From positions 508 through 64,507 of the forward strand of contig CAMTUI010000026.1 in assembly GCA_947084985.1 (NCBI GenBank): a stretch of DNA of 64,000 bases, given 5' to 3'. The position numbers and the translations under genes are program-made. Every line of letters starts with the position of its first letter. Within the stretch, counting starts at the first letter, position 1. Below the pieces are notes generated by a model. The model was not told the origin of the DNA and made no database searches. It saw only the letters and a list, made by a program, of their open reading frames with translations. This document shows positions 1 through 8,820 of this stretch, piece by piece. The DNA comes from Methanobacteriota archaeon. Its GTDB lineage: Archaea; Thermoplasmatota; Thermoplasmata; RBG-16-68-12.

Positions 1-539
1 CATACGCCGGACAGCTGCTCGGCTGCGACTACCATACGGCCACGGTGATCGAGGAGGACGTCGACGGGTACCTGTACATCGGGACGGGGGACTTCCATCC
101 TCTGGGCATCGCGATCCTCGTCGACAAGCCAGTCATCATCGCGGACCCGGAGCGGGGCACGGCGCGGGACCTAGCGGAGGTCAGGGACCGAATCCTCCGG
201 CAGCGGCATGCCGCGATTGCGCGCTCGAAGGATGCGAAGGTCTTCGGGATCATCGTGTCGCGGAAGATTGGCCAGGTGCGGATGGAGCTCGCCAACGACC
301 TGAAGGCCCTCGCGGAGAAGCACGGCCGCCAGGCGAACATCTTCCTCATGGACCTCGTCTCGCCGGAGTTCCTCGAGGGATACCGCGTGGACGCGTGGGT
401 CAACACCGCGTGCCCGCGCATCGCGATCGAGGACATCCTGCAGTACAAGAAGCCCATGCTGACGCCACAGGAGTTCGAGACCGTCCTCGGCGAGCGCGAT
501 TGGAAGGACTACAAGTTCGACGAGATCCGCGCGTACTGA
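1..539 (+). CDS. dph2: Diphthamide synthesis protein Dph2 (2-(3-amino-3-carboxypropyl)histidine synthase), C-terminal part; the 5' end lies outside the window
   Basis: The frame is open from the window edge to the stop at 539. 'YLYIGTGDFHPLGIA...WVNTACPRIAIED' fits the conserved C-terminal region of archaeal Dph2. Confidence 0.8.
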   Translation, partial: YAGQLLGCDYHTATVIEEDVDGYLYIGTGDFHPLGIAILVDKPVIIADPERGTARDLAEVRDRILRQRHAAIARSKDAKVFGIIVSRKIGQVRMELANDLKALAEKHGRQANIFLMDLVSPEFLEGYRVDAWVNTACPRIAIEDILQYKKPMLTPQEFETVLGERDWKDYKFDEIRAY

Positions 540-548
540 CCGACGTCT

Positions 549-788
549 CTACGGCGCGCCTGCGATGGCCATCATTGTGGCCTTACGCATCTGCTCGAGA
601 TCCTGGACCGCTCGTGCGTAGTACGCCTCGCATCGCCGCCGGGCCTCCTCCCAGGTCCGAGACAGACTCGCTGGGCCCACGTACTCTTTCACCTGCACCC
701 GACGCCCCCCGCGGGTCTCGTAGTGCCAGAAGTACACGTACGCGCGACCTCGGACCGTGTGTTCGTACACGCCGCAGCCGACTTGCAT
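549..788 (-). CDS. Small hypothetical protein (79 aa)
   Basis: Listed ORF with a 'YVYFWHYETRGGRRVQVKEYVG' beta-hairpin-like motif and a helical tail. A palindromic AT-rich motif lies 14 nt upstream of its ATG. No family was recognised. Confidence 0.45.
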   Translation of the reverse strand: MQVGCGVYEHTVRGRAYVYFWHYETRGGRRVQVKEYVGPASLSRTWEEARRRCEAYYARAVQDLEQMRKATMMAIAGAP

Positions 789-801
789 GCACGTGGATCG
801 T

Positions 802-823
802 GTTATAGTTATTTAACTATAAC
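802..823. promoter_or_regulatory. Perfect palindrome GTTATAGTTA-TT-TAACTATAAC in a divergent promoter region
   Basis: Read directly from the sequence. It is a 10-bp inverted repeat with a 2-bp spacer, and it is the only AT-rich stretch between the divergent genes 549..788(-) and queC(+). A near-identical copy lies at 54208..54230. Confidence 0.5.
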
Positions 824-891
824 TCGGAGGTGTGCGGACGTACCCCGACCGGCCTCGCAAACCCTTTACCGCGCCCTGCGTTGTCCGGCGC

Positions 892-1599
892 ATGGACCCG
901 CTCGCGATCGTCCTCCTCTCCGGCGGCATGGACTCCGCCACGGCCCTCGCGATGACGAAGGCGGACGGGTTCGCCGTGATCGCGCTCACGTTCGACTACG
1001 GCCAGCGACATCGGAAGGAGATCGACGCGGCGAAGGCCCTCGCGAAGCACTACCGCGTCCGGGACCACCGGATCGTCTCGGTCGATCTGGCGGCGATCGG
1101 AGGATCCGCCCTCACGGACCGCTCGATCCGCGTGCCCGAGCAACGAAGTCTCGAGGAGATTGGCCAAGGGATTCCGCCGACCTACGTGCCCGCGCGGAAC
1201 TCGATCCTCCTGAGCTACGCGCTGGGCCTCGCGGAGGCAACGATCTCAAGGGCCATCGTCATCGGAGCCAATTACCAGGACAGTAGTGGCTATCCGGACT
1301 GTCGGCCGGAATTCTACAAGGCCTTCCAGGAGGTCGCCCGTCTCGGGACGAAACGCGGTGTCGCGGGGGACGTCATCGAGATCCGCACCCCGGTCATTCA
1401 CATGACGAAGGCGGACATCGTCCGGAAGGGTCAGGAACTCGGGGTGCCGTGGGAGCTCACATGGTCCTGCTACCTCGGAGGCGCGAAGGCGTGCGGCGTC
1501 TGCGATTCCTGCCAGCTCCGGCTCAAGGGGTTCCGTGAGGCCGGCGTGAAGGATCCGCTCCCGTACGCCTCGCCTCGAAGGCGAGCGGCGAACTCTTAA
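892..1599 (+). CDS. queC: 7-cyano-7-deazaguanine synthase QueC
   Basis: Contains the PP-loop 'LLSGGMDSATA' and the C-terminal zinc motif 'CGVCDSCQLR'. I chose the start at internal ATG 892 (MDPLAIVLLSGG) rather than the listed 832. Confidence 0.9.
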   Translation: MDPLAIVLLSGGMDSATALAMTKADGFAVIALTFDYGQRHRKEIDAAKALAKHYRVRDHRIVSVDLAAIGGSALTDRSIRVPEQRSLEEIGQGIPPTYVPARNSILLSYALGLAEATISRAIVIGANYQDSSGYPDCRPEFYKAFQEVARLGTKRGVAGDVIEIRTPVIHMTKADIVRKGQELGVPWELTWSCYLGGAKACGVCDSCQLRLKGFREAGVKDPLPYASPRRRAANS

Positions 1600-1625
1600 T
1601 ACGCGGCGCGGGCATCGGACGGATC

Positions 1626-2378
1626 ATGGAGGCCGAGGCCGGCGTCATCGCGCGGAAGGGGGAGGAGTTCCTCCTCAGCGAGCTCTACGTCTCCGTCCAG
1701 GGGGAGAGCTCCCTCGTCGGCCTTCCGACGATCTTCGTCCGCCTGTACACCTGCAACCTGCGATGCCGATGGTGCGACTCGATGCACGCCGTGGAGGGCG
1801 GGGATTTTACCCGAGTCTCCGTGAACGAGGTCGTTCAGCGGATCCTCGAACTCGCGGGACCGACGGAGGCTCGTGACTCGGGGATCCGGAACGTCTGCTG
1901 GACGGGGGGGGAGCCGCTCCTCCAGGCGGAGTCCATCGCGCGGGCAATCCGTCGGCTCCCGGACACGTTCATCCACTCCATCGAGACGGACGGCGAGGTG
2001 GACCTTCGCGCCTTCGACGACCTCGTGGCGGTCGACCGACCTAGCGGCCGCGTGCGGTACGTGATGGACGTGAAGTGTCCGGGATCCGGCATGAAGGCCG
2101 CGAAGGCGTTCGCGAACATGGCCTTGCTGCGCGACCACGACGAAGTGAAGTTCGTCCTGATGGACCGCGCGGACTACGAGTTCGCGAAGGACGTCCTCTC
2201 GAACCATTCCACGAAGGCCAAGACGGTCCTCTTCTCCCCCGCGACGCCGGCTCACAAGGTCTCGACGGGCCTCGAACCGGGCCAGCTCGCGGAGTGGATT
2301 CTGCGGGACCGCCTCCCGGTGCGCCTCCAGCTCCAGGTGCACAAGATCCTCTGGCCCGGGCGGGAACGTGGCATCTAG
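1626..2378 (+). CDS. queE: 7-carboxy-7-deazaguanine synthase QueE (radical SAM)
   Basis: Contains 'FVRLYTCNLRCRWCDS' (CxxxCxxC) and lies immediately downstream of queC. Confidence 0.85.
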   Translation: MEAEAGVIARKGEEFLLSELYVSVQGESSLVGLPTIFVRLYTCNLRCRWCDSMHAVEGGDFTRVSVNEVVQRILELAGPTEARDSGIRNVCWTGGEPLLQAESIARAIRRLPDTFIHSIETDGEVDLRAFDDLVAVDRPSGRVRYVMDVKCPGSGMKAAKAFANMALLRDHDEVKFVLMDRADYEFAKDVLSNHSTKAKTVLFSPATPAHKVSTGLEPGQLAEWILRDRLPVRLQLQVHKILWPGRERGI

Positions 2379-2435
2379 CCTTCGGGCGATCGCCGTCCAA
2401 AGAAGTTTCATCTACTCCCCGCCCTTGGCGTACGC

Positions 2436-2840
2436 GTGCGGTACGAGGAGATCGACCACACGGCGGACGTCGGCATTCGGGCGTTCGGGACGAACCTGAC
2501 GGAGCTGTTCGTGAACGCCGCGGAGGGCATGTTCAGCCTGATCGCGAACCTGGACGCAGTCCGGCCGGTCGGGGAAGTCGAGATCCGGCTCCGTGCGGAC
2601 GACATCCCGACCCTCCTGCTGCGATGGCTGTCGGAGCTCCTCTACCTCCATGAGACACAGCACTTTCTGTTCTCCTCCTTCGATGCGAGCGTGAGTGACA
2701 CGACCCTCCGCGCGCTCGCCCGGGGCGAGACAATCGACAAGACGCGTCACGAACTCAAGCTCGCGATCAAGGCCGTCACTCGACACCGGCTCGCGGTCGA
2801 CGAGCAGAAGGGCGTGGCCGAGGTGATCTTCGACATCTGA
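2436..2840 (+). CDS. Archease
   Basis: The N-terminal 'MRYEEIDHTADVGIRAFG' and C-terminal 'KAVTRHRLAV' patterns are typical of archease, and the length (134 aa) fits. Confidence 0.9.
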   Translation: MRYEEIDHTADVGIRAFGTNLTELFVNAAEGMFSLIANLDAVRPVGEVEIRLRADDIPTLLLRWLSELLYLHETQHFLFSSFDASVSDTTLRALARGETIDKTRHELKLAIKAVTRHRLAVDEQKGVAEVIFDI

Positions 2841-2848
2841 GGGGTCCG

Positions 2849-3583
2849 ATGGTCCGAGGCATCACGTTCGACTGGTGGCACACGATCGCCGAGACGCCGT
2901 GGCCCGACTACGACGACCGGATGAGGCACATCCGCGTGGAGCGAATCGGGGAGGCCCTCGCTGCCGCGGGCTCACCGGTCGGACGCGCGGCGCTCTACCG
3001 GGCGTACGACGCCCACACGGACCTGCTTGTCCGGTCCTGGAAGGACCTCGTCGATCTGACCGCCGAGGAGCAGATCCGAGCCTTCCTGGAGTTCGCCGGC
3101 CTGGGCGACCGGATCGAGGGTCTCGGACCGCGGATCGAGGAGGCGTTCGGCGCCGCGATCGAGTCCCGCATGCCGCGGCTCTACCCGGGAATCGAGGAGA
3201 CGCTGGCCCGCCTGCGCGACCTTGGATACCGGATCGGCCTGATCTCGAACACGGGTCGCACATGGGGCCGCTTCCTGCGACGCGTCCAGGACCGCCTCGG
3301 AATCGGCTCGTACTTCGATGTCCGTGTCTTCTCGGACGAGGTGCGGGTGCGGAAGCCCGACCCGAGGATTTTCCGCACGGCCATCGAGGCATTGCGCCTT
3401 GAACCGTCGGAAACGGTTCACATCGGCGACGACGCCACGGCGGACGTGGCGGGCGCGAAGCAGGTCGGGCTGCGCGCGGTCTGGTTCAACACGGGATTCT
3501 GGCCCGGCGCACGGGCGGACCGCGCGGACGCGGAGATCGGCGAACATCCGCGGCTCCTGAAGGTCCTGGAGGCGTGGGGATGA
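2849..3583 (+). CDS. HAD-superfamily hydrolase
   Basis: HAD motifs are present: 'ITFDWWHT' (motif I-like), 'LISNT', 'KPDPRIF' and 'HIGDDATADVAGA'. Confidence 0.8.
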   Translation: MVRGITFDWWHTIAETPWPDYDDRMRHIRVERIGEALAAAGSPVGRAALYRAYDAHTDLLVRSWKDLVDLTAEEQIRAFLEFAGLGDRIEGLGPRIEEAFGAAIESRMPRLYPGIEETLARLRDLGYRIGLISNTGRTWGRFLRRVQDRLGIGSYFDVRVFSDEVRVRKPDPRIFRTAIEALRLEPSETVHIGDDATADVAGAKQVGLRAVWFNTGFWPGARADRADAEIGEHPRLLKVLEAWG

Positions 3584-4539
3584 AGGCCACCGCAATCGCC
3601 CATCCGATCCAGGGGCTGATCAAGTACCACGGGCTCGCCGATCCGGTCCTGCGCCTCCCTTTCCACGACTCGATCAGTGTGTGCACGGCTCCGCTCACGA
3701 CCCGCACGACGGTCGAGTTCGGCTCGGTGCCTCGCGACACGGCGGAGATCGACGGTCGCACGGTGACGGCGAGGGACATGGAGCGGATCCGCGCGGTGGT
3801 CGACGTGATCCGGACGAAGGCTGGGATACGGGATCCGTTCCGGATGGCCTCCGTGAACGACTTCCCGTCGAACATCGGCCTCGGGGCGAGCGCCTCCGGA
3901 TTCGCCGCCCTCGCGATGGCCGCCAGCCATGCGGCAGGATTGCGGGTGAGCCTCGAGGAAGTCTCGAAGTTCGCACGCCGTGGCGCGGGTTCGGCGACGC
4001 GCTCCGTCACGGGCGGATTCAGCAAGTGGAAGATGGGCCTGACGGACGACGACTCGTACGCGGTCCAGCTTGCCGGCGAAGATCTCCAGATGGGGATCGT
4101 GGTCGCCCTCGTGCCCGCGTTCAAGCAGACGGAGGACGCGCACCGTGAGGCCCTCACGTCCCCGTTCTTCCACGCCCGCCTCGCGGAGATCCCGCGGCTC
4201 ATCGCGGAGATGGAGCTCGCGATTCGGAAGAAAGACATCGGGGCGATCTGCGCCTTCGCGGAGCGGGACACCCTGATGCTCCACGGCATCACGATGACCG
4301 GGACCGCCGAGATGGTCCTGTGGCAACCGGATACGCTGCGGGTCATCCTCGCGGTCCGCAAGTTGCGCGAAGCCGGCGTGCCCGCATTCTTCTCAATCGA
4401 CACGGGCGCCACCGTGTACGTCAACACATTCGCCGACCGCGCGGACGAGGTCCGGCGCGCCATCGGGGAGCTCACCATCCAGACGATCCCATGCCGCGTT
4501 GGCGGCCCCGCCCGCCTGAGCGAGGACCACCTCTTCTGA
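3574..4539 (+). CDS. Diphosphomevalonate decarboxylase-family enzyme (archaeal mevalonate-pathway decarboxylase/kinase type, GHMP fold)
   Basis: Contains 'HPIQGLIKYHG', 'GLGASASGFAALAMAA' (GHMP motif) and 'GAGSATRSVTGGFSKW'. The exact substrate cannot be decided from sequence. Confidence 0.8.
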   Translation: MGMKATAIAHPIQGLIKYHGLADPVLRLPFHDSISVCTAPLTTRTTVEFGSVPRDTAEIDGRTVTARDMERIRAVVDVIRTKAGIRDPFRMASVNDFPSNIGLGASASGFAALAMAASHAAGLRVSLEEVSKFARRGAGSATRSVTGGFSKWKMGLTDDDSYAVQLAGEDLQMGIVVALVPAFKQTEDAHREALTSPFFHARLAEIPRLIAEMELAIRKKDIGAICAFAERDTLMLHGITMTGTAEMVLWQPDTLRVILAVRKLREAGVPAFFSIDTGATVYVNTFADRADEVRRAIGELTIQTIPCRVGGPARLSEDHLF

Positions 4540-4548
4540 CCGGGGTCC

Positions 4549-5808
4549 TCAGAGGCTGACGCGGATCCGGCCCACAGGGCCCGCAACGACCATGGAACTC
4601 GCGGTGGGATCGAAGTACTTCTGGGAAACGGATCGAATGCGGTCTTCCGTGAGGTCGTTCATGATATCCGGGAAGCGCTCGAGGAAGTCCATCCCGAGGC
4701 CATAGTACTCCATGCGGTGCAGCTCCGTGGCGACCTCCGCGTTTCGCTCGAGGGACACGATCAACGCGCCAATCTGGTTGTCCTTGCCGTCGCGGATTTC
4801 GTCCGACGTGAGGGGCTCCCGCCGCAGGCGGTCCATCTCCGCGCGGATCGAGCGGATTGCCTGCGGGATGTTCGAGGGGTTCACGCCCGCGGCGATCGTC
4901 CACATCCCGCCCGCCGTCCGGGCCTCGAGGCTGCTGAACGCGTAGTACGCGAGGCCTTGCCCGTCCCGAAGGTTCTGGCCGAGTCGGCCGTACAAGCCGA
5001 TGCGACCGAAGAGGAGATTTGCGAGATGTAGCGCGTAGTAGTCGTCGTGGCAGCGCGAGATGGCAGGCGCGCCCACGGCGATGTCCGCCTGGGACTTGTG
5101 GGGCATCGGGATCCACAGGTTCCTCGGCCGGTATGGCGGGGGCACAGGGATGGCCGGACCGACGCGGCCGTTCCCCCGGAAGCGGGACAGGGGATTCGCG
5201 ATCGAGTCCTCGATGAACGCCCGGTCCACGTCGCCCGCGAGGGACAGGATGAGGCCTTCCGGACCGACGTGGGCCTCGTGGAACGCGACAACGTCGGCCC
5301 GGCGGATCCGCCTGATGCGGGTTTCGTTCCCCTTGGGATCCCGACCGTACGGATGGTCCTTCGGGAACACGCTCCGCGCGAGCTCGCGGGCCGCGCGGTG
5401 CCGCGGGTCGTCCGCTTCGATCCGCAGGTCGTTCCTCATCTCGCCCCGGACCCGCTCGACCTCCTTCGGAGGGAACGCGGGTTCCGAGAGACACTCCACG
5501 AGGATCCGGATCGTCTCCGCGGCGGTCTCCTGCGTGCATCGCCCTTGGAAGCCGAGGAGCTCCTCCGCGTTCCGGAATTCGAGGGTCGACCCGATCCCCT
5601 CGAGCCGATCCGCGAGCTTTGCCGCACTCCGGCGCTTCGTGCCGCTCAGCATCAGGCGGGCCATGAATTCCGCGATGCCGTGGTCGTCGGCTTCCGCCGC
5701 CATCCCGGCGGGCACGCTCCCGCGGAACGCGACGAACGGGTTCGCCGGCAGGGCTTGGGATACAAGGACTGCGCCGTTGTCGAGGACCGTGCGGTCCGGA
5801 AGGCTCAG
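4549..5808 (-). CDS. M16-family peptidase, non-catalytic subunit (degenerate zinc motif); the 5' end is uncertain
   Basis: The listed ORF 4549..5715 starts at a GTG, but the in-frame upstream translation 'LSLPDRTVLDNGAVLVSQALPANPFVAFRGS' looks like the conserved M16 N-terminus. 'HGIAEFMARLMLSGT' replaces HxxEH. Confidence 0.7.
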   Translation of the reverse strand: MSLPDRTVLDNGAVLVSQALPANPFVAFRGSVPAGMAAEADDHGIAEFMARLMLSGTKRRSAAKLADRLEGIGSTLEFRNAEELLGFQGRCTQETAAETIRILVECLSEPAFPPKEVERVRGEMRNDLRIEADDPRHRAARELARSVFPKDHPYGRDPKGNETRIRRIRRADVVAFHEAHVGPEGLILSLAGDVDRAFIEDSIANPLSRFRGNGRVGPAIPVPPPYRPRNLWIPMPHKSQADIAVGAPAISRCHDDYYALHLANLLFGRIGLYGRLGQNLRDGQGLAYYAFSSLEARTAGGMWTIAAGVNPSNIPQAIRSIRAEMDRLRREPLTSDEIRDGKDNQIGALIVSLERNAEVATELHRMEYYGLGMDFLERFPDIMNDLTEDRIRSVSQKYFDPTASSMVVAGPVGRIRVSL

Positions 5809-7085
5809 GAGGGGACCTCCTGGTGGTGGAATCGAACGACGGATCGATGCTCATCGACGAGGTACTTGCGCGCGACTCCGCGCACCTGCTCCGGCCGGAC
5901 CTTGAGGACCTCCGCGAAGAGGCCGTCCGTGAAATCCCAGGAGGCGAGGCCCTCGCTCACGCTCAGGAGCATCCCCTGGTATGTGACGCCATCCTGCTCA
6001 TAGCGGGACCAGGCGCGCACCTGCGCCTTAGCGCGCTCCATCTCGACCTTCGAGGGCGGGGCCTTGCGGAGCACGGCGACCTCGCGGTCCAGGACGTCCT
6101 CGACGCGGTCGAGGGACACGCCGCCCGCGAGGGTCACGTTCGCGATGAGCAGGGACGGATCGATCTTCATCTCGTGCCTCACGCCGACGTCCGTCGCGAG
6201 CTTCGTCTCCACGAGGGCGCGGTAGAGGCGGTTCGACCGCGGTCTCCACTCGCCCGCCGCGTAGGGGATGAAGCCGCGCCATCCGCCGAGGATCGTCGCA
6301 AGGAGGAGGATCGCCGGGGTGTCGTCGTGCGTGGCCGGCGGGATGTGCCAGCCCACGGAAAGGAGATCCGCGGCCCCCGGTCGGGACAGCTCGCCGCGCC
6401 GCTCCCCGTGCTGCTCCGGCTCCACGAGCGGCATGGGCTGCGGCGGCGCTTCCGGCCTGAGCGGCCCGAACGCCTCCCGGATGTGCTGCATCGCGACCGC
6501 CGCATCGAACCCTCCAACGAGAATCAGAGTCGCGTTGTTTGGCGCGTAGTACCGAAGGTAATGCTCGTACAGCGGGTCCCGCGCGAGCGCCGCGAGGTCT
6601 TGCTTGTACCCGATTGCGGTCCAATGATACGGGTGGACATGGAACGCAAGGCCCCACAACTCCTCCTCGACAAGGAACTCCGGTTGGTTCTCCGCCCCCT
6701 CCCGCTCGCTGATCACCACGGTCCGCTCCGCCTCGACCTCCTTGGGGTCGAAGGCCGCGTTTCGCATCCGCTCCGCCTCGACCATGAGGGCCGTGTCCAT
6801 CGCGCTCGCGGGGATCGTCTCGAAGTAAATCGTGTAGTCCGTGTCCGTGAACGCGTTGAATTTGCCGCCGAGGCGCGAGATGAGGCGGTCGATCTCCCCC
6901 TTGGCGAGCTTTCCTCCGCCCTTGAAGAGCATGTGCTCGACCCAGTGCGTCGAGCCCGTCATCCCGGGCCGCTCGTTCCGCGAGCCGATCCGGTACGTGA
7001 CCCACGTGGACAAGGCCTTCGTCTCCGGGATCGGTCGAAGGATGACCTTCAGCCCGTTGTCGAGGGACTCGACATGGGTGGCCAT
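5805..7085 (-). CDS. M16-family zinc peptidase (pitrilysin/insulinase-like), catalytic subunit
   Basis: 'GSTHWVEHMLFKGG' carries the inverted HxxEH zinc motif. I chose the start at ATG 7085 (MATHVESLDNGLKV) rather than the listed 7271. Confidence 0.85.
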   Translation of the reverse strand: MATHVESLDNGLKVILRPIPETKALSTWVTYRIGSRNERPGMTGSTHWVEHMLFKGGGKLAKGEIDRLISRLGGKFNAFTDTDYTIYFETIPASAMDTALMVEAERMRNAAFDPKEVEAERTVVISEREGAENQPEFLVEEELWGLAFHVHPYHWTAIGYKQDLAALARDPLYEHYLRYYAPNNATLILVGGFDAAVAMQHIREAFGPLRPEAPPQPMPLVEPEQHGERRGELSRPGAADLLSVGWHIPPATHDDTPAILLLATILGGWRGFIPYAAGEWRPRSNRLYRALVETKLATDVGVRHEMKIDPSLLIANVTLAGGVSLDRVEDVLDREVAVLRKAPPSKVEMERAKAQVRAWSRYEQDGVTYQGMLLSVSEGLASWDFTDGLFAEVLKVRPEQVRGVARKYLVDEHRSVVRFHHQEVPS

Positions 7086-7137
7086 ACGGGCCGCGGAAAC
7101 GGGCCCGATGGATAAAGAGTTGCGTGGGCGGCCCTGC

Positions 7138-7686
7138 TCACGGGCCCTCGGACGCTGACGTTCGCAGGACGAACTCGCAGACCGAATCGCCCGTGCCACG
7201 GCATGTCGTCTCGATGCAAGAGATGCCCTCGGCCCAGAAGAGGGCGCGGAAGAAACCCGCGAAGTAGCCACGCAGGAAGTGGCACGCCGGACGGTCCCAG
7301 GTCCCTTCCTGCCCGTACGTCTCCAAGGTCCGCGTGAGTCGGAGTCGGGCCTGTCGGCTCTCCCGGTCCACCTCGATCGACGACACGGCGAACCAGCCGC
7401 ACCGGGAGTACACGTCGCCCAGGTGGTCCACGATCTCCATCGGGTCCTGACTGCCGGTCCATCGAGCCATCGTGCCGACGAACGCTTCGCCCGCCTCGAG
7501 GCCGCTGCGGTACAGGAGGTCGTCCGCGGCGGGACCGAGCGTCGCCCGGACCTCCCGAAAGAACCGCCGCAAGGTGTCCCGCGAGATCACGACCACGGGG
7601 ACGGTCGAGAGACGCGTGTCCGCGGTCCTCGGCTTCGTCGTCAGCTGCCAGAACTCGTCGATGTCTCGGATCGCAGATCTCACCAC
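7138..7686 (-). CDS. V4R domain-containing protein
   Basis: The C-terminal pattern 'CHFLRGYFAGFF...CIETTCRGTGDSVCEF' is typical of V4R (4-vinyl reductase) small-molecule-binding domains. Confidence 0.65.
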   Translation of the reverse strand: MVRSAIRDIDEFWQLTTKPRTADTRLSTVPVVVISRDTLRRFFREVRATLGPAADDLLYRSGLEAGEAFVGTMARWTGSQDPMEIVDHLGDVYSRCGWFAVSSIEVDRESRQARLRLTRTLETYGQEGTWDRPACHFLRGYFAGFFRALFWAEGISCIETTCRGTGDSVCEFVLRTSASEGP

Positions 7687-7689
7687 GGC

Positions 7690-8820
7690 TGTGTGTTCAG
7701 CGCCAAAGCTCGGCTTAAACCGCGGGCCGCGAGAATCAGAGGTGATTACCGGCCTTGACGGGATCGATATTCACGGCCGGCGAGCTTGACCGACGATTAC
7801 CTCCCTGGCTTGTCTTTTGTGGCGCCGAGGCGCTGTCCCTTTGCATTCAGCTCCTTCATTCGTCTGTAGAGCGCCTCTCTGGTAGCCACGACCCTCCGCG
7901 AAAGAGGGGCGAAACCGTTTGCGTCGCGGCCCTGCCGCGTTCTCCTCTTGTGCCTTATGAATTGCAAGAGGACGACCGCCTGCCTCCGATTGACCTGGAG
8001 ATATGGCAAGGCCGACAACAAGAGCTGCTGGACCATTCGGTCGGACCACACCAATTGATAGGCATGCTTCCAACCGATTTTGACGGCAGGCTGGTTCACA
8101 AGGATCCCTCCAAAGGCTCGCTGCAGGTCCTCGAGTATGACCCTATCTGTGTTGCTGACACACACCCGCGCTCGGTACTGAAGTCCCCGATGCCTCCGAC
8201 TCTCCGATCGCGCAATCATCAGACAACCCTCCGCATCGATGAAACCGGCCAGGTATTCCGAGGAAATGGTCCGAGATTCTGATTTACGAGCAGTGTTGTC
8301 GTGACCCCTGGAAACTGAAACCGATCCCCTTTTGTTCAGGAGCTTAAGGCGCCTGTAGAAGGCGTCGCGGATTATCAACTCCCGCCCCGAAAGGGACAGA
8401 AGGCGTCCGAGTCGATCTCTCCTCCGGCGGGATCCTCGGACATGGAAAACGAACTCACGCAATGCTGCAGCCTGTTTCGACTTAACCCGCAAGAAGGGCG
8501 AAACCTTTGTCAGCAATCTTGCGGCGGCTGCGTTTGTCCAGACCAGAGCGTACTGGGGCTTCCATCCGGGGCTCCTCGGACCAACGCTCACAAAAATTCC
8601 ACCTGAGAACCTCTGGATTTGGTTCAAGATCGGTCGATTTGTATTGGTAATGGACACCCTGGCGCAATATTCGTGCGGTCGGTCGCGCCGAGGTATCCGT
8701 GCGATTGAGAGATGCCCCTCGCCGTCTACAAAACCGGCAAGGTATTCGACGGAGAGCACGGCCGACGGCCAGAGAGCATGGGGAAAGCCTAAGGTTCAGG
8801 GAGGGAGGTTGGTGAAAGTG
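7690..8820. mobile_element. Lower-GC island carrying the homing endonuclease gene
   Basis: Hand count gives 30/60 G+C at 8281..8340 versus 38/60 at 9001..9060. The island is bounded by the V4R gene and the Pup-like ORF. I found no terminal repeats. Confidence 0.45.
7797..8759 (-). CDS. Free-standing LAGLIDADG homing endonuclease (two-domain)
   Basis: Two LAGLIDADG motifs are present, 'YLAGFVDGEGHL' at the N-terminus and 'YLAGFIDAEGCL' mid-protein. The gene is visibly lower in G+C than its flanks. Confidence 0.85.
   Translation of the reverse strand: MLSVEYLAGFVDGEGHLSIARIPRRDRPHEYCARVSITNTNRPILNQIQRFSGGIFVSVGPRSPGWKPQYALVWTNAAAARLLTKVSPFLRVKSKQAAALREFVFHVRGSRRRRDRLGRLLSLSGRELIIRDAFYRRLKLLNKRGSVSVSRGHDNTARKSESRTISSEYLAGFIDAEGCLMIARSESRRHRGLQYRARVCVSNTDRVILEDLQRAFGGILVNQPAVKIGWKHAYQLVWSDRMVQQLLLSALPYLQVNRRQAVVLLQFIRHKRRTRQGRDANGFAPLSRRVVATREALYRRMKELNAKGQRLGATKDKPGR

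Noticed and set aside
832-891. N-terminal extensions of several listed ORFs, for example queC from 832, M16 from 7271, AlaX from 42832, ferredoxin from 32830, ACAD from 39430 and the KaiC-like gene from 58865.
   Set aside because: The extensions are Arg/Pro-rich, overlap neighbouring genes or promoters, and precede an internal start that matches the family N-terminus. That internal start often has a GGAGG motif upstream.
5823-7115. Long ORFs opposite or off-frame to clearly assigned genes. Examples: 5823..7115, 4472..5854, 15912..16841, 39013..40551, 41229..42266, 42435..44019, 44355..45971, 46658..48310, 49281..50312, 52212..53354, 55100..56197, 59078..60289, 60798..61988 and 62082..63047.
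   Set aside because: In each case the alternative frame carries strong family motifs (M16, ACD, ACAD, C45, AlaX/MDH, MFS, GatD, GatE, RPA, KaiC-like, HAD/DJ-1, PurC). The rejected ORF is low-complexity Arg/Pro/Gly/Asp-rich.
7797-8759. The LAGLIDADG protein as an intein or an intron-encoded ORF.
   Set aside because: It starts with its own initiation codon directly at the first LAGLIDADG motif. There are no extein-like flanks, no Hint-domain blocks (no C/S...HN ends), and no rRNA/tRNA or obvious intron host nearby.
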